From a candidate division WWE3 bacterium CSP1-7 (GTDB lineage: Bacteria > Patescibacteriota > WWE3 > 9FT-COMBO-53-11): 64,000 nucleotides of DNA. This document shows, piece after piece, positions 27,126 to 35,983 of this stretch. Numbering within the stretch: the stretch's first letter is position 1; each line of letters begins with the position of its first letter. The DNA lies in assembly GCA_001443395.1 (NCBI GenBank), contig LDXK01000001.1, positions 47,426 through 111,425 on the forward strand, written 5' to 3'. The notes below the pieces were generated by a model that did not search any database, was not told where the DNA came from, and saw only the letters and a list, made by a program, of their open reading frames with translations. Made by a program: the position numbers and the translations under genes.

Positions 27126-28348
27126 TAGACTTGGGATTCAAACCGAGCTTCGCGGATCACGACCACCCTTACTCCTCCCGGTGTGACAACTTGATCCTTA
27201 ATCCGCTTGCCGATCTCCTGGACCAACTGCGCCGAACGTTCATCGGAAACCTCCCCGGCCTTCACGATCACTCGAAGTTCCCGGCCGGCGGTAATCGCAT
27301 AGGCATCATCAACTCCGGAAAAAGACTTGGCGATGTTTTCCAGGTCGGTCACTCGTTTGACGTACCCCTCAATATCCTCGTAACGAGCTCCGGGACGGGA
27401 GCCGGAAATGGCATCGGCGATGTAAACCAATTCGGCTTCGATCGATTTCTTTTCCTCCCGGCCGTGGTGGGAAGCCGCCGCGTTGACCAGTTTTTCCGGA
27501 AATCCAAAACGTTCCAGAATCTTTCTGGTCAAGATGTCATGGGGCTCACCGGATTCGGAGGTTGCCACCTTGCCGATGTCGTGAAAAAGAGCCGCGGCCT
27601 TAGCGAGCTCCACATCCGCCCCCACCTCCGCCGCCAGATAACTCACCAGCTTAACCATTTCCAGAGAGTGCTTCGCCAGATTTTGACCGTAGGAGGTCCG
27701 AAACTTGAACCGGCCTAAGAGCTCAACAATCCCGCCGGGCAGCCCTCCCAAGCCTGTTTCCAACGCCAGCTGTTCTCCTTCGCGGCGGATCTCGTGATCG
27801 ATGTCACCTTTAACCGAGGAAACGACGGTTTCGATGTTCTCGGGCTGGAAGCGATCCTCCTTGATGAGCCGTTCCAGGGAGAGACGAGCGATGTGCCGGC
27901 GGACCGGGTCAAACGAGGAAATCCGCACCGCTTTCGGAGATTCCTCCAAGTCCAACTCCACTCCCGTCGCCCGTTCGAAAGCCCGGACGTTGCGGCCCTC
28001 CTTGCCGATGATTTTGCCCTTCCAATCTTCGGATGGAAGCTCCACCACCGAAACGGTAAATTCCGCCACGTAGGAAGTGGCAGCGTGCTCCATCGCAGAA
28101 ACGAGAATGTCGCGGCTGCGATCCTCCGATTCCGCTTTGATCTGCTCCTCCACCTCAGCCATCCGCTGCGCTTTCTCATTCACCAACTCCTGGTCCAACT
28201 CCTTGAGAATCATCTTGCGCGCATCTTCCCGCGATAACGCGGCCGACTTCTCGAGCTCTTTCAGGTATTTTTCTTTCAGTTGTTCGACGGAGAGATTATC
28301 CGGAGACTCCGGACTTTCCGAAGGGTCTTTGATTTTTTTGTCTTTCAT
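27125..28348 (-). CDS. rny: Ribonuclease Y (KH + HD domains; no N-terminal TM helix)
   Basis: Coiled-coil N-terminus, KH 'KGKIIGKEGRNVRAFERATGVEL' and HD 'AALFHDIGKV'. Confidence 0.8.
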   Translation of the reverse strand: MKDKKIKDPSESPESPDNLSVEQLKEKYLKELEKSAALSREDARKMILKELDQELVNEKAQRMAEVEEQIKAESEDRSRDILVSAMEHAATSYVAEFTVSVVELPSEDWKGKIIGKEGRNVRAFERATGVELDLEESPKAVRISSFDPVRRHIARLSLERLIKEDRFQPENIETVVSSVKGDIDHEIRREGEQLALETGLGGLPGGIVELLGRFKFRTSYGQNLAKHSLEMVKLVSYLAAEVGADVELAKAAALFHDIGKVATSESGEPHDILTRKILERFGFPEKLVNAAASHHGREEKKSIEAELVYIADAISGSRPGARYEDIEGYVKRVTDLENIAKSFSGVDDAYAITAGRELRVIVKAGEVSDERSAQLVQEIGKRIKDQVVTPGGVRVVVIREARFESQV

Positions 28349-28389
28349 TTTGGTTTACCAAAATGCTAGGGCGTTTCTGCGCCCGTCCA
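28346..28389 (-). repeat. Structured intergenic repeat, copy A (rny leader)
   Basis: Minus strand TGGACGG + GCGCAG-AAA-CGCCC + TAGCAT, then CATTTTGG-TAAA-CCAAAATG (includes the rny ATG). Confidence 0.7.
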
Positions 28390-28413
28390 TTTTTTTGCAT
28401 CCTTCTTTGTAAA

Positions 28414-29472
28414 TTATACCTTTTCCCGGATCGCTTCCTCGACTTGAGAGCTCAGCTTGGAATCCTTCACGAACATTTCCCGAGTGGCGTCGCGGCCCTG
28501 CCCCAGTTTTTTACCCTTGAATTCGTACCAGGTCCCGGTTTTGGAAAGAACCTCCAACTTCTCGCCCCAATCAACGATTTCCCCCACCCGATCAATTCCC
28601 TCGTTGAAAATCAGATCAAATTCGGCCTGGCGGAAGGGAGGGGCAACCTTGTTCTTAACCACCTTCACTCGGACGCGCGAACCGACCGCTTCCTCCCCCT
28701 TCTTGAGGGTTGCGATCCGGCGGATATCCAACCTCACCGAAGAATAAAACTTCAGCGCCAATCCCCCCGGAGTCGTTTCCGGGTTGCCGAAGAGCACCCC
28801 GATTTTTTGCCGGATCTGGTTGGTGAAAACCATCGTGCAGTTTGTTTTGGAGAGAATGCCGGCCAGCTTTCGCAACGCTTGGGACATCAACCGAGCCTGT
28901 CGACCCAAGTGCAGATCCCCCATCTCTCCCTCAATCTCGGCTTGCGGAGTAAGGGCCGCCACGGAATCGATCGCGACCAGGTCCACCGCCCCGGAACGAA
29001 CCAAGGTTTCGGCAATCTGCAGAGCCTGTTCCCCGGTGTCGGGTTGGGAGAGCAGCAGGTCATCCACGTTAACCCCCAACTTCTTCGAATAATCCGGGTC
29101 CAGGGCGTGTTCGGCATCAATAAACGCAGCGGTTCCGCCCGCCTTTTGAACCTGGGCGATGATGTTCAAGACGAGGGTCGTCTTTCCGGATGCTTCAGGA
29201 CCAAAGATCTCTGTGACTCTCCCTTTGGGAACCCCCCCGATCCCTAGGGCAATATCCAAACCCAAGGAACCGGTGGAAATCGCCGCCACCCGGCCGGCAT
29301 GAGAGGCAATGGATTCACCCAACTTCATAATCGAACCGCGACCGAAAGATTTTTCGATCTGCTCGATCGCGCTTTCCAGCGCGCGGGTTTTTCCGGAGGA
29401 AGGAGATTCGGTGGTTTTTTCTGAAGCTTTCGGCATCCTCTTGATGGTAATGCCTTTAGGGATAGATTGCAA
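28414..29472 (-). CDS. recA: Recombinase RecA
   Basis: Walker A 'GPEASGKTT' and RecA loops L1/L2. Confidence 0.9.
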   Translation of the reverse strand: MQSIPKGITIKRMPKASEKTTESPSSGKTRALESAIEQIEKSFGRGSIMKLGESIASHAGRVAAISTGSLGLDIALGIGGVPKGRVTEIFGPEASGKTTLVLNIIAQVQKAGGTAAFIDAEHALDPDYSKKLGVNVDDLLLSQPDTGEQALQIAETLVRSGAVDLVAIDSVAALTPQAEIEGEMGDLHLGRQARLMSQALRKLAGILSKTNCTMVFTNQIRQKIGVLFGNPETTPGGLALKFYSSVRLDIRRIATLKKGEEAVGSRVRVKVVKNKVAPPFRQAEFDLIFNEGIDRVGEIVDWGEKLEVLSKTGTWYEFKGKKLGQGRDATREMFVKDSKLSSQVEEAIREKV

Positions 29473-29500
29473 ATGAAAAAGGAGCTAGATTTGATGTCAT

Positions 29501-29932
29501 CTAGCCCCTCACAAACATCTCCACTGCCAGCTGCACCAGTTGAGACTTGATTTCGGCCGTCATTTGGCGTGAGAGCAGTCGATAGGCGGGATGTTTCATC
29601 GCCACCACCGGCACACTGATCGCCATCGACGCCACCGCTCTCTGCGCCACGCTCCCGCATGTCAGAACCACACTGGGCTGGATGCGGTGAATGACTCGCC
29701 TCAGGTGCACCAAATCGGCCGGAAAAACTCCATCGGGAGAATCGGCCAAGGTAGGATTGGCGTTGCAGACCTTCACTTCGAAGATATCGGTCGGCAGCGC
29801 TTCCTGGAGACGAATCCCGGTGCGCGACAGCCACAGTTCCCGGCGCCACACCCGAGGATTCCAACCGTTCGAGAGTCCTCCCTTGCGCCAAGGGCACTGG
29901 AGGACGACCAGGAGGACGGGCTTCGACTTCAT
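29501..29932 (-). CDS. Hypothetical protein (possibly DUF1643-like), translationally coupled to the upstream gene
   Basis: ATG at 29932 overlaps the stop of the upstream ORF (ATGA). 'NANPTLADSPD' is reminiscent of the DUF1643 NPSxAD motif. Weak assignment. Confidence 0.3.
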   Translation of the reverse strand: MKSKPVLLVVLQCPWRKGGLSNGWNPRVWRRELWLSRTGIRLQEALPTDIFEVKVCNANPTLADSPDGVFPADLVHLRRVIHRIQPSVVLTCGSVAQRAVASMAISVPVVAMKHPAYRLLSRQMTAEIKSQLVQLAVEMFVRG

Positions 29933-30279
29933 TCCGAGTACCCTTCGTAGACGAAGAAACGGAGCACCGTGACTCTGTCGTGCCACGTCAAATCCGGATA
30001 GCGATGCCGGAGAGACTCCGCCAGGAGATAGAGATCCGAGAACCCCAGCTCCTTGACGTCCTCTTCGGGAACCTCGGCGAGGGAACAGGAATTCCGATTC
30101 CTCAAAACCGAATGGAAACCGTCTTCATCCCGATCGACCAGCACCACCGAATCGAACAGTTTCAGATCAGACTCGCCGGCAACGAGCACCGTGACCTCAA
30201 TCCCAGGCTCCAGCCGCTCCTTCGAACGGATGACGGAACCATCCCCGAGACGGATCCTGGAAGTCTTGTCCGCAGGCAT
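29929..30279 (-). CDS. Hypothetical protein
   Basis: 116-aa ORF co-directional with recA. No motif was recognised. Confidence 0.3.
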   Translation of the reverse strand: MPADKTSRIRLGDGSVIRSKERLEPGIEVTVLVAGESDLKLFDSVVLVDRDEDGFHSVLRNRNSCSLAEVPEEDVKELGFSDLYLLAESLRHRYPDLTWHDRVTVLRFFVYEGYSE

Positions 30280-30423
30280 CGCCCCTCCCTTTCCCCTTGT
30301 TTTTAGGACTTAAGTATATCCGGGAAAGTGGAAAATTCAAGGGAGAGAGGATAGAATTGGAGAAGCTTCGGGGCGTAAGGCCTTGCTTCGCAAGGACCAT
30401 GCCCCCCGATTCGCCGTGCTCAT

Positions 30424-30498
30424 CGGGGCGTAGGTCATCGGTAGACCGCTCGCATGGGGTGCGAGAGGTAGTGGGTTCAATTCCCGCCGCCCCGACCA
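30424..30498 (+). tRNA. tRNA-Pro (anticodon GGG), CCA encoded
   Basis: Acceptor CGGGGCG/CGCCCCG, D-arm GGTC-ATCGGTA-GACC, anticodon stem CTCGC/GCGAG with loop ATGGGGT (GGG, G37), and T-arm GTGGG-TTCAATT-CCCGC. Ends ACCA. Confidence 0.85.
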
Positions 30499-30519
30499 GA
30501 TTAATCCCAGTTTGAAAGG

Positions 30520-31143
30520 TTAAGCCTTAAAGTTCTCTTCAACCTGATCCCAATTCACGACGTTCCACCAGGCCTCGATGTATTCCGGCCGGCGGTTTTG
30601 ATACTGGAGATAGTAGGCGTGCTCCCAGATGTCCAAACCCAAGAGGGGGGTTAGACCCTGGGAAAGAGGCGAATCCTGGTTGGGGGTTGGCACGACCGAA
30701 AGTTTTCCGTCCCCGCTTTTGACCAACCAAGCCCAACCGCTCCCAAAAATCGCCGCGGCAGCATCGCTGAATTTCTTTTTGAAATCTTCAAAACTGCCAA
30801 ATTCACTCTTGATGATACCCCCCAGATCACCGCTTGGCTCCCCTCCCCCACTTTTTTTCATCATCTTCCAGAAAAGCGAGTGGTTAAAGTGTCCCCCACC
30901 GTGATTGCGCACCGCGGTGCGAATATCTTCGGGAATCGAATTTAGGTCCTTGAGCAAGTCCTCTAGGGATTTGGGTTGCAGATCGGGGTATTTTTCCAGA
31001 GCCTTGTTCAGCTTCTCCACGTAAGTGGCGTGATGCTTGTCGTGGTGAATCTGCATCGTCTGGGCGTCAATGTACGGTTCCAACGCGTCGTAGCTGTAGG
31101 AAAGGGGTTGGAGTTCGAAGGCCATTGTTCTACTACTTAACAC
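30520..31143 (-). CDS. sodA: Fe/Mn superoxide dismutase
   Basis: '[10 protein letters not shown]' and C-terminal 'DIWEHAYYL' metal-ligand motifs. Confidence 0.9.
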   Translation of the reverse strand: MLSSRTMAFELQPLSYSYDALEPYIDAQTMQIHHDKHHATYVEKLNKALEKYPDLQPKSLEDLLKDLNSIPEDIRTAVRNHGGGHFNHSLFWKMMKKSGGGEPSGDLGGIIKSEFGSFEDFKKKFSDAAAAIFGSGWAWLVKSGDGKLSVVPTPNQDSPLSQGLTPLLGLDIWEHAYYLQYQNRRPEYIEAWWNVVNWDQVEENFKA

Positions 31144-31163
31144 ACTTTTGGCTTAAAATACAA

Positions 31164-31703
31164 ATGATGAAGCGAATTTTTCTCGCCGTACCGGTCACTC
31201 AAAAGATTATCAGAGAATTGGCAAAAGAAATTGAGAGGCTCAAGAAATCATTACCTGATTGGGAAATAAAATGGGTCACACCGGAAAATCTTCACATCAC
31301 TCTCGTTTTCTTTGGCTGGGTTAAAGAAGATCAGATAAAAAATCTCAAGACCGAGATCGAGGCATTGGTTCCAAAATCCACACCGTTCCAAATCACGACC
31401 GGCAAATTATTCCTAAAAGTAAGACCACTATGGCTCGAAATTGAACAAGGTCGAGAGGAACTTAATCGACTCGCTGAGGAAATAGGACATCAACTGACCA
31501 TTAAAGGTTCGCTCAAGGAAGAACGCGGATTCTACCCCCACCTCACTTTAGGGCGGGTTAAGAAGCGAGGCAAGATCAAACTACCGTTGGTTCATGAAGA
31601 ATTTTCTTGGAAAGCAAATCGATTAGTCCTCTACGAAAGCAGATTTGTCCGCAAACAGCGCGTTTATGAGGAGTTATTCCCATTCCCTTTGAAAGGGAAT
31701 TAA
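31164..31703 (+). CDS. thpR: RNA 2',3'-cyclic phosphodiesterase / 2'-5' RNA ligase (2H phosphoesterase, ThpR/LigT)
   Basis: Two H-x-T-x motifs: 'HITLVF' and 'HLTLGR'. Confidence 0.75.
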   Translation: MMKRIFLAVPVTQKIIRELAKEIERLKKSLPDWEIKWVTPENLHITLVFFGWVKEDQIKNLKTEIEALVPKSTPFQITTGKLFLKVRPLWLEIEQGREELNRLAEEIGHQLTIKGSLKEERGFYPHLTLGRVKKRGKIKLPLVHEEFSWKANRLVLYESRFVRKQRVYEELFPFPLKGN

Positions 31704-31795
31704 AACAGGCCTGTTTTATTATATATAGTATACTATTAGATAACGGGGCTTGACTAGAGCAGTTTTGGCAGTTCTATCCTTTAGCGCTTGGAATA

Positions 31796-31838
31796 TTGGA
31801 CGCGACCTTGTCGCTAGAAATTTTGCGAAGCAAAATTT
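31796..31838 (+). repeat. Structured intergenic repeat, copy L (in a convergent spacer)
   Basis: TTGGACG + CGAC-CTT-GTCG + CTAGAAA, then AAATTTTGC-GAA-GCAAAATTT. Confidence 0.55.
31818..31838. terminator. AT-rich perfect hairpin AAATTTTGC-GAA-GCAAAATTT in the thpR/rpsI convergent spacer (candidate bidirectional terminator)
   Basis: 9-bp perfect stem. Lies immediately 3' of a TGGAC-hairpin-CTAGA repeat copy. Confidence 0.4.
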
Positions 31839-31860
31839 AACGGCCGCGGACGCATCCTAG

Positions 31861-31890
31861 CAGTATTCTTCGCTAACGCTTCGAATACTG
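31861..31890. terminator. Hairpin CAGTATTC-(TTCGCTAACGCTTC)-GAATACTG at the 3' end of rpsI (candidate terminator; contains a GCGTTAGCG motif)
   Basis: 8-bp perfect stem in a convergent intergenic region. Confidence 0.35.
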
Positions 31891-32277
31891 TGGCCGCTTG
31901 CGGGCTTTCTTGAGGAAATATTTCTTTCTCTCTTTTTCGCGGGGGTTGCGAGTCATCAAGCCGGCATCGCGCAATGGCTTGCGCAGGTCTCCATTGAAAA
32001 GGACGAGAGCTCGGGAAATTCCCAAGACGATAGCGTCCAATTGACCAACCTTACCTCCCCCCTCCGCCCGGGCAACAAAGTAAAATTTATCTTCCGTTCC
32101 GGTCGCTCTGTAAGGCAAAACCAACTTGGCTTGGAAAGAATCAATCGGAAAATATTTAGAAACGGGGGTGCCGTTCACAGTTGATTCCCCTTTTCCGGCG
32201 AACAACCGGACCGTGGTGGTCGCTTCCTTCCTTCGGCCGATCGCTTGATAAAATTTTCCTTGCTTTTTTTCTGACAT
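31873..32277 (-). CDS. rpsI: 30S ribosomal protein S9
   Basis: C-terminal '...KKARKRPQYSKR'. Confidence 0.9.
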   Translation of the reverse strand: MSEKKQGKFYQAIGRRKEATTTVRLFAGKGESTVNGTPVSKYFPIDSFQAKLVLPYRATGTEDKFYFVARAEGGGKVGQLDAIVLGISRALVLFNGDLRKPLRDAGLMTRNPREKERKKYFLKKARKRPQYSKR

Positions 32278-32322
32278 TTTATTTCTTTAAAATGCTAGGT
32301 TCGGCGTTAGCCGAGCCGTCCA
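32275..32322 (-). repeat. Structured intergenic repeat, copy B (rpsI leader; overlaps the rplM 3' end)
   Basis: Minus strand TGGACGG + CTCGGC-TAAC-GCCGAA + CCTAGCAT, then CATTTTA-AAGAAA-TAAAATG (rpsI ATG). Confidence 0.7.
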
Positions 32323-32737
32323 TTTTTACCTTACCGATCATCTCCCCTTCTTCCCCGGGGTACACGAATAGCCGGGTGATCATTCTACTGCCAAGTTTGT
32401 TCTTGGGCAGCATTCCCAACACCGCATGGCGGATAATCTCCTGCGGCCGCCGCTTCCTTAACTCTCCTAGATTCTCCGATTTTAATCCGCTCGGGTACCC
32501 GGAGTAGCGGAAGTAGCGCTTTTGGGTTTCTTTCTTGCCGGTTACCTCAATTCTGGCCGCATTTTTAACGACAACGTAATCTCCCTGGTCGAGATAAGGA
32601 ACCCAATCCGTTTTCTCCTTTCCAATTAGGAGTCGGGCAATTTTGGTCGCCAGGCGACCCAGGACCTGATCTTTGGCATCGAAGAGGTACCAACTTCGTT
32701 CGACTTTATCTTCACTTCGCTTTTGCGGTTTTGGCAT
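32279..32737 (-). CDS. rplM: 50S ribosomal protein L13
   Basis: 'RSWYLFDAKDQVLGRLAT' N-terminus. Its last ~14 codons are encoded by a repeat-element copy. Confidence 0.9.
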   Translation of the reverse strand: MPKPQKRSEDKVERSWYLFDAKDQVLGRLATKIARLLIGKEKTDWVPYLDQGDYVVVKNAARIEVTGKKETQKRYFRYSGYPSGLKSENLGELRKRRPQEIIRHAVLGMLPKNKLGSRMITRLFVYPGEEGEMIGKVKMDGSANAEPSILKK

Positions 32738-33110
32738 TTTTTGTTCCTTTCTTGGTAGGCTTTTTCACGCTCCCAGTTTTAGCTACCACCTTCGGCTTTG
32801 CTTTCGCCGGTTTGATCTCTTCGACAAATTCCACCCGCGCCTGCGGTGCCCGGTCGCCGCGCCGATAGGAGAGTTTAACAACTCGGACGTAGCCCCCGAT
32901 CCGTTGGCTGAATTGGGGAACAATCTGGTCGATGAATTTCTGCGCCGCTCCCTTCTTGGTAAAAAGCGCCAGGGCCTTCCGCCTGGTAACAAGATTCAAA
33001 TTTTTGGAACGCGAAATTAGTCGGTCAATTTCCCGTTTGAGAGCTTTTGCCTTGGCTTCGGTTGTGACAACTTTTTCGGAAGAGACCAGAGAGGTGAGGA
33101 GTTGGCGCAT
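32712..33110 (-). CDS. rplQ: 50S ribosomal protein L17
   Basis: 'RQLLTSLVSSEKVVTTEAKAKALKREIDRLI' core. Start is probably MRQLL; the longer ORF extends to 33128. Confidence 0.8.
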   Translation of the reverse strand: MRQLLTSLVSSEKVVTTEAKAKALKREIDRLISRSKNLNLVTRRKALALFTKKGAAQKFIDQIVPQFSQRIGGYVRVVKLSYRRGDRAPQARVEFVEEIKPAKAKPKVVAKTGSVKKPTKKGTKNAKTAKAK

Positions 33111-33131
33111 CGGTGACGATCCTTTCATAAC

Positions 33132-33896
33132 CTATTTCTTCTTTGAGGAGGCGCGCTTTTTGGTTGCTTTCTTGGGCTTTCCCGCCACCGCTTTCGCTTT
33201 CGGTTGAGAAGGAGATTTTTCAGGGAAAGAAGTGGCAATTTTCTCGAAGTAGCTCCTGATAAATTCCGCGGCTTGGCCGAGAGCCCGCGCCGGTTTAATG
33301 GTCCCATCGGTGGTCACTTCCAGAATCAATCGTTCAAAATTTGTTTTTCTTCCAACCCGCGCTCCTTCTGTCGAAAAAGCAACTTTTAACACCGGGGTGA
33401 AAATGGAATCCAGTGGGATTACGCCAACTTTACCGCGCTCGCGCTCTTCGGCCGGCTTGTACCCTACCCCCTTCTCGATCAGCAGGGAGAGTGAAAGCTT
33501 GGAATCTTTATCGGTCAAAGTAGCAATCTTGAGATCGGGATTAACCACCACCAGTTCCGAACTGGCTTTGATATCACCAGCGGTGATTGTTTTCTTCCCC
33601 TTCACCTCAATGATTCCTTCGACCGGCCCGTCACCCCGGAGATTGAAGCGGATTTTTTTGAGATTCAAGATAAGTTCCACCACATCTTCCCTGATTCCCT
33701 TGATGGTGGTGAAGGGATGAGTCACTCCTTGAATGCGGACTTCGGCCACGGCTGCTCCCGGGAGAGAGGAGAGCAAAACTCTCCGCAAAGCGGTTCCCAT
33801 AGTAACTCCGTAACCCTCCGGAAGAGGTTCGATCACAAATCGACCCAGATCTCCGGTTTCCTTTTCAACTTTTATCCCAAATTCCAGTGGTTCCAT
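33132..33896 (-). CDS. rpoA: DNA-directed RNA polymerase alpha subunit, NTD only (no alpha-CTD; lysine-rich tail)
   Basis: 254 aa. Alpha-NTD signature 'GVTMGTALRRVLLSSLPG'. The C-terminus is a K/A/P-rich tail in place of the ~80-aa CTD. Confidence 0.85.
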   Translation of the reverse strand: MEPLEFGIKVEKETGDLGRFVIEPLPEGYGVTMGTALRRVLLSSLPGAAVAEVRIQGVTHPFTTIKGIREDVVELILNLKKIRFNLRGDGPVEGIIEVKGKKTITAGDIKASSELVVVNPDLKIATLTDKDSKLSLSLLIEKGVGYKPAEERERGKVGVIPLDSIFTPVLKVAFSTEGARVGRKTNFERLILEVTTDGTIKPARALGQAAEFIRSYFEKIATSFPEKSPSQPKAKAVAGKPKKATKKRASSKKK

Positions 33897-33938
33897 TATC
33901 TTGAATAGGACGCCCGCCTCAGGCGGACTAGCTATCCG

Positions 33939-34520
33939 CTAACGCGAATAGTATTCGATCACCATCTTCTCGTTGACCTCGGGACCAATTTCTTCCCGAG
34001 CCGGAAAGGCGGCGATCCTGGCAATCATTTCCTTCTTGTCCACTTTTATCCAGGAAGGACGGATCACTTCATCGTAAATGATTGCACCTTTTTTAGCAAA
34101 GGTAATTTTATCACCAACCGCAACCAAAAGCGACGGGATCGTCACTCGCCTTCCATTCACCTTCACCAAACCGTGGGCCGCCATCTGTCGAGCGTGCGGA
34201 CGAGTGCTGGCAAAACCGGCACGGTAGAGCACGTTGTCCAACCGCCGTTCCAAAAGCTGGAGCAAGACTTCCCCGGTTTTTTCTTTACTGCCAAGGGCAT
34301 TCTTGAAATAGCGTTGGAACTGTCCTTCCCGAACCCCATAGATCCGTTTGGCCTTCTGTTTTTCGCGAAGCTGAAGACCATACTCGGAAAGGCGACGACG
34401 GAAAGCACCGTGCTGACCGGGAGCGGACATCCTCGTTTTGACCGGACAATTGTCGCGGCCGCAGAGCGGAACGCCTTCGCGCCGGCAGAGTTTGTGGGTG
34501 GGACCGGTGTATCTACCCAT
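33939..34520 (-). CDS. rpsD: 30S ribosomal protein S4
   Basis: N-terminal zinc-ribbon-like 'CRREGVPLCGRDNCPV' and an S4 domain. Confidence 0.9.
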   Translation of the reverse strand: MGRYTGPTHKLCRREGVPLCGRDNCPVKTRMSAPGQHGAFRRRLSEYGLQLREKQKAKRIYGVREGQFQRYFKNALGSKEKTGEVLLQLLERRLDNVLYRAGFASTRPHARQMAAHGLVKVNGRRVTIPSLLVAVGDKITFAKKGAIIYDEVIRPSWIKVDKKEMIARIAAFPAREEIGPEVNEKMVIEYYSR

Positions 34521-34553
34521 TTAAACGCGTCTCCTGTTCTTGGGACGGGGGCC

Positions 34554-34585
34554 ATTGGACGGCTCGCCTGCGGCGAACCTAGCAA
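34554..34585 (+). repeat. Structured intergenic repeat, copy H (between rpsD start and rpsK stop)
   Basis: TTGGACGG + CTCGCC-TGC-GGCGAA + CCTAGCAAT. Confidence 0.65.
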
Positions 34586-34639
34586 TGTCCCGCTTACTGT
34601 CTCCGAACTGAAATTTTGTCATAGTATTTTCTTTATCCA

Positions 34640-35011
34640 TTACACTCTTCGGCGGTTCTTTGGCCGCGGGCCATTGTGGGGGATCGGGGTCACATCGGTG
34701 ATCGCTGTGACTTCCAGCCCACCAACTTTTAAGGCTTTGATCGCGGAATCGCGGCCGGGTCCCGGCCCCTTTACCAAAACAGAAACTTCTTTAACACCCA
34801 ATTGACGGGCGGATTTCGCGATGGCCTCGGCGGCTTGAGAAGCGGCAAAGGGAGTCGCCTTTTTGGTTCCTTTAAAACCGGCCGTCCCCGCCGAGCCCCG
34901 CACGATCACTCCCCCGACCTCCTCCCCGATTGTAATCAACGTGTTGTTGAAAGTGCAGGTGATGTGGGCTACTGCTCTTTCCGGTATTTTGCGTTCTTTC
35001 TTTTTTGACAT
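34640..35011 (-). CDS. rpsK: 30S ribosomal protein S11
   Basis: '[16 protein letters not shown]...[10 protein letters not shown]'. Start assigned to MSKKKERK, because the longer ORF runs through a repeat-element copy. Confidence 0.85.
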   Translation of the reverse strand: MSKKKERKIPERAVAHITCTFNNTLITIGEEVGGVIVRGSAGTAGFKGTKKATPFAASQAAEAIAKSARQLGVKEVSVLVKGPGPGRDSAIKALKVGGLEVTAITDVTPIPHNGPRPKNRRRV

Positions 35012-35056
35012 TTTTTGTTTATTCAAAATGCTAGGTCGTTTCTTCGGCCGTCCATT
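35009..35056 (-). repeat. Structured intergenic repeat, copy C (rpsK leader)
   Basis: Minus strand TGGACGG + CCGAAG-AAA-CGACC + TAGCAT, then CATTTTG-AATAAA-CAAAAAATG (rpsK ATG). Confidence 0.7.
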
Positions 35057-35459
35057 AGGTCTTTTCGGACTTCTTCGCCGCGATCGCGGACTTGCTCGTT
35101 CCGGCAATCGCCATCTTCCGACCTCTTCGGGTGCGGGCATTGGTCTTGGTTCTCTGCCCCCGCACCGGCAAACCCCGGGCGTGTCTCATTCCTCGATAGG
35201 ACCCGATCTCTTGGAGACGCTTAATATTATTAGCCGTTTCGGCTGCCAGTTCTCCCTCCACCCGGTAACCGCTCTTCTGAATTACCTCCCTAATCTTACC
35301 AACCTGTTCCTCCGAGAGATCTTTGACACGGATCTCGGGTGACACTCCGGCTTCCGCGATAATTTTTTTGGCCAAAGTGGTACCGATCCCCCGGACGTAG
35401 GTGAGGGCCACCTCCACTCGCTTTTCAACCGGTAAATCAACTCCTTCAATTCTTGACAT
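35055..35459 (-). CDS. rpsM: 30S ribosomal protein S13
   Basis: '[26 protein letters not shown]'. Confidence 0.9.
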   Translation of the reverse strand: MSRIEGVDLPVEKRVEVALTYVRGIGTTLAKKIIAEAGVSPEIRVKDLSEEQVGKIREVIQKSGYRVEGELAAETANNIKRLQEIGSYRGMRHARGLPVRGQRTKTNARTRRGRKMAIAGTSKSAIAAKKSEKT

Positions 35460-35503
35460 TTTTATCTTTTAATCATCCTTGGACTGTCCTCGCTAAAGCT
35501 CGG

Positions 35504-35533
35504 TTGGACGGTCGCCTTAGGTGACCTAGCAAT
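35504..35533 (+). repeat. Structured intergenic repeat, copy I (between rpsM start and rpmJ stop)
   Basis: TTGGACGG + TCGCC-TTA-GGTGA + CCTAGCAAT. Confidence 0.65.
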
Positions 35534-35570
35534 CTCTCTACACTCGATTGTACAAACATAGTTCTTATAG

Positions 35571-35684
35571 TCATCCTTGTCTCTGTTTGTGCTTGGGATT
35601 CTTGCAAACGACGTAGAGACGCCCCTGGCGCTTAATAATCTTGCAATCTCTGCAAATTTTTTTAACTGATGCTCTAACTTTCAT
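35571..35684 (-). CDS. rpmJ: 50S ribosomal protein L36 (37 aa; not in ORF track)
   Basis: Manual translation gives [37 protein letters not shown]. It has the C-x2-C...C-x4-H zinc ribbon of L36. Confidence 0.85.
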   Translation of the reverse strand: MKVRASVKKICRDCKIIKRQGRLYVVCKNPKHKQRQG

Positions 35685-35730
35685 TTTCTTTTGAAAGATA
35701 GCGATTTCTCATCGCGTCCTTTCATCGTTT

Positions 35731-35973
35731 CTATTTGCTTCGGTAAACAATTCTTCCCCGATTGGGATCGTAGGGGGATAACTCCACCCGAACCGAATCA
35801 CCAAGAAGAACTTTGATGCGGTGGATGCGCATCTTCCCGGAAATATGAGCGAGAACCTCCCGGCCCTCCTCCAGCTCAACCCGAAAAAGAGCATCAGGCA
35901 GGGTTTCTTTGACAATCCCGCTCAGTTCCGCTCTTTCTTTCTTTCCAGAAGAGAAACCCTTTGTTTTTACCAT
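35731..35973 (-). CDS. infA: Translation initiation factor IF-1
   Basis: S1-like OB fold '[31 protein letters not shown]'. Confidence 0.9.
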   Translation of the reverse strand: MVKTKGFSSGKKERAELSGIVKETLPDALFRVELEEGREVLAHISGKMRIHRIKVLLGDSVRVELSPYDPNRGRIVYRSK

Positions 35974-35983
35974 ATCAATCCTG

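Noticed and set aside
30297-30515. 72-aa ORF overlapping tRNA-Pro
   Set aside because: It lies entirely over the tRNA-Pro gene and its upstream hairpin. No RBS and no homology.
31704-31872. Possible small ncRNA in the thpR/rpsI convergent spacer
   Set aside because: The region is explained by a repeat copy plus two hairpins acting as terminators for convergent genes. No promoter-like signal for an independent transcript was found.
34640-35140. Long 166-aa version of rpsK and long versions of fusA and rpoB
   Set aside because: The N-terminal extensions run through repeat-element copies or the predicted promoter and are Arg/Pro-rich low complexity. Conserved N-termini of S11, EF-G and RpoB begin at the internal ATGs.
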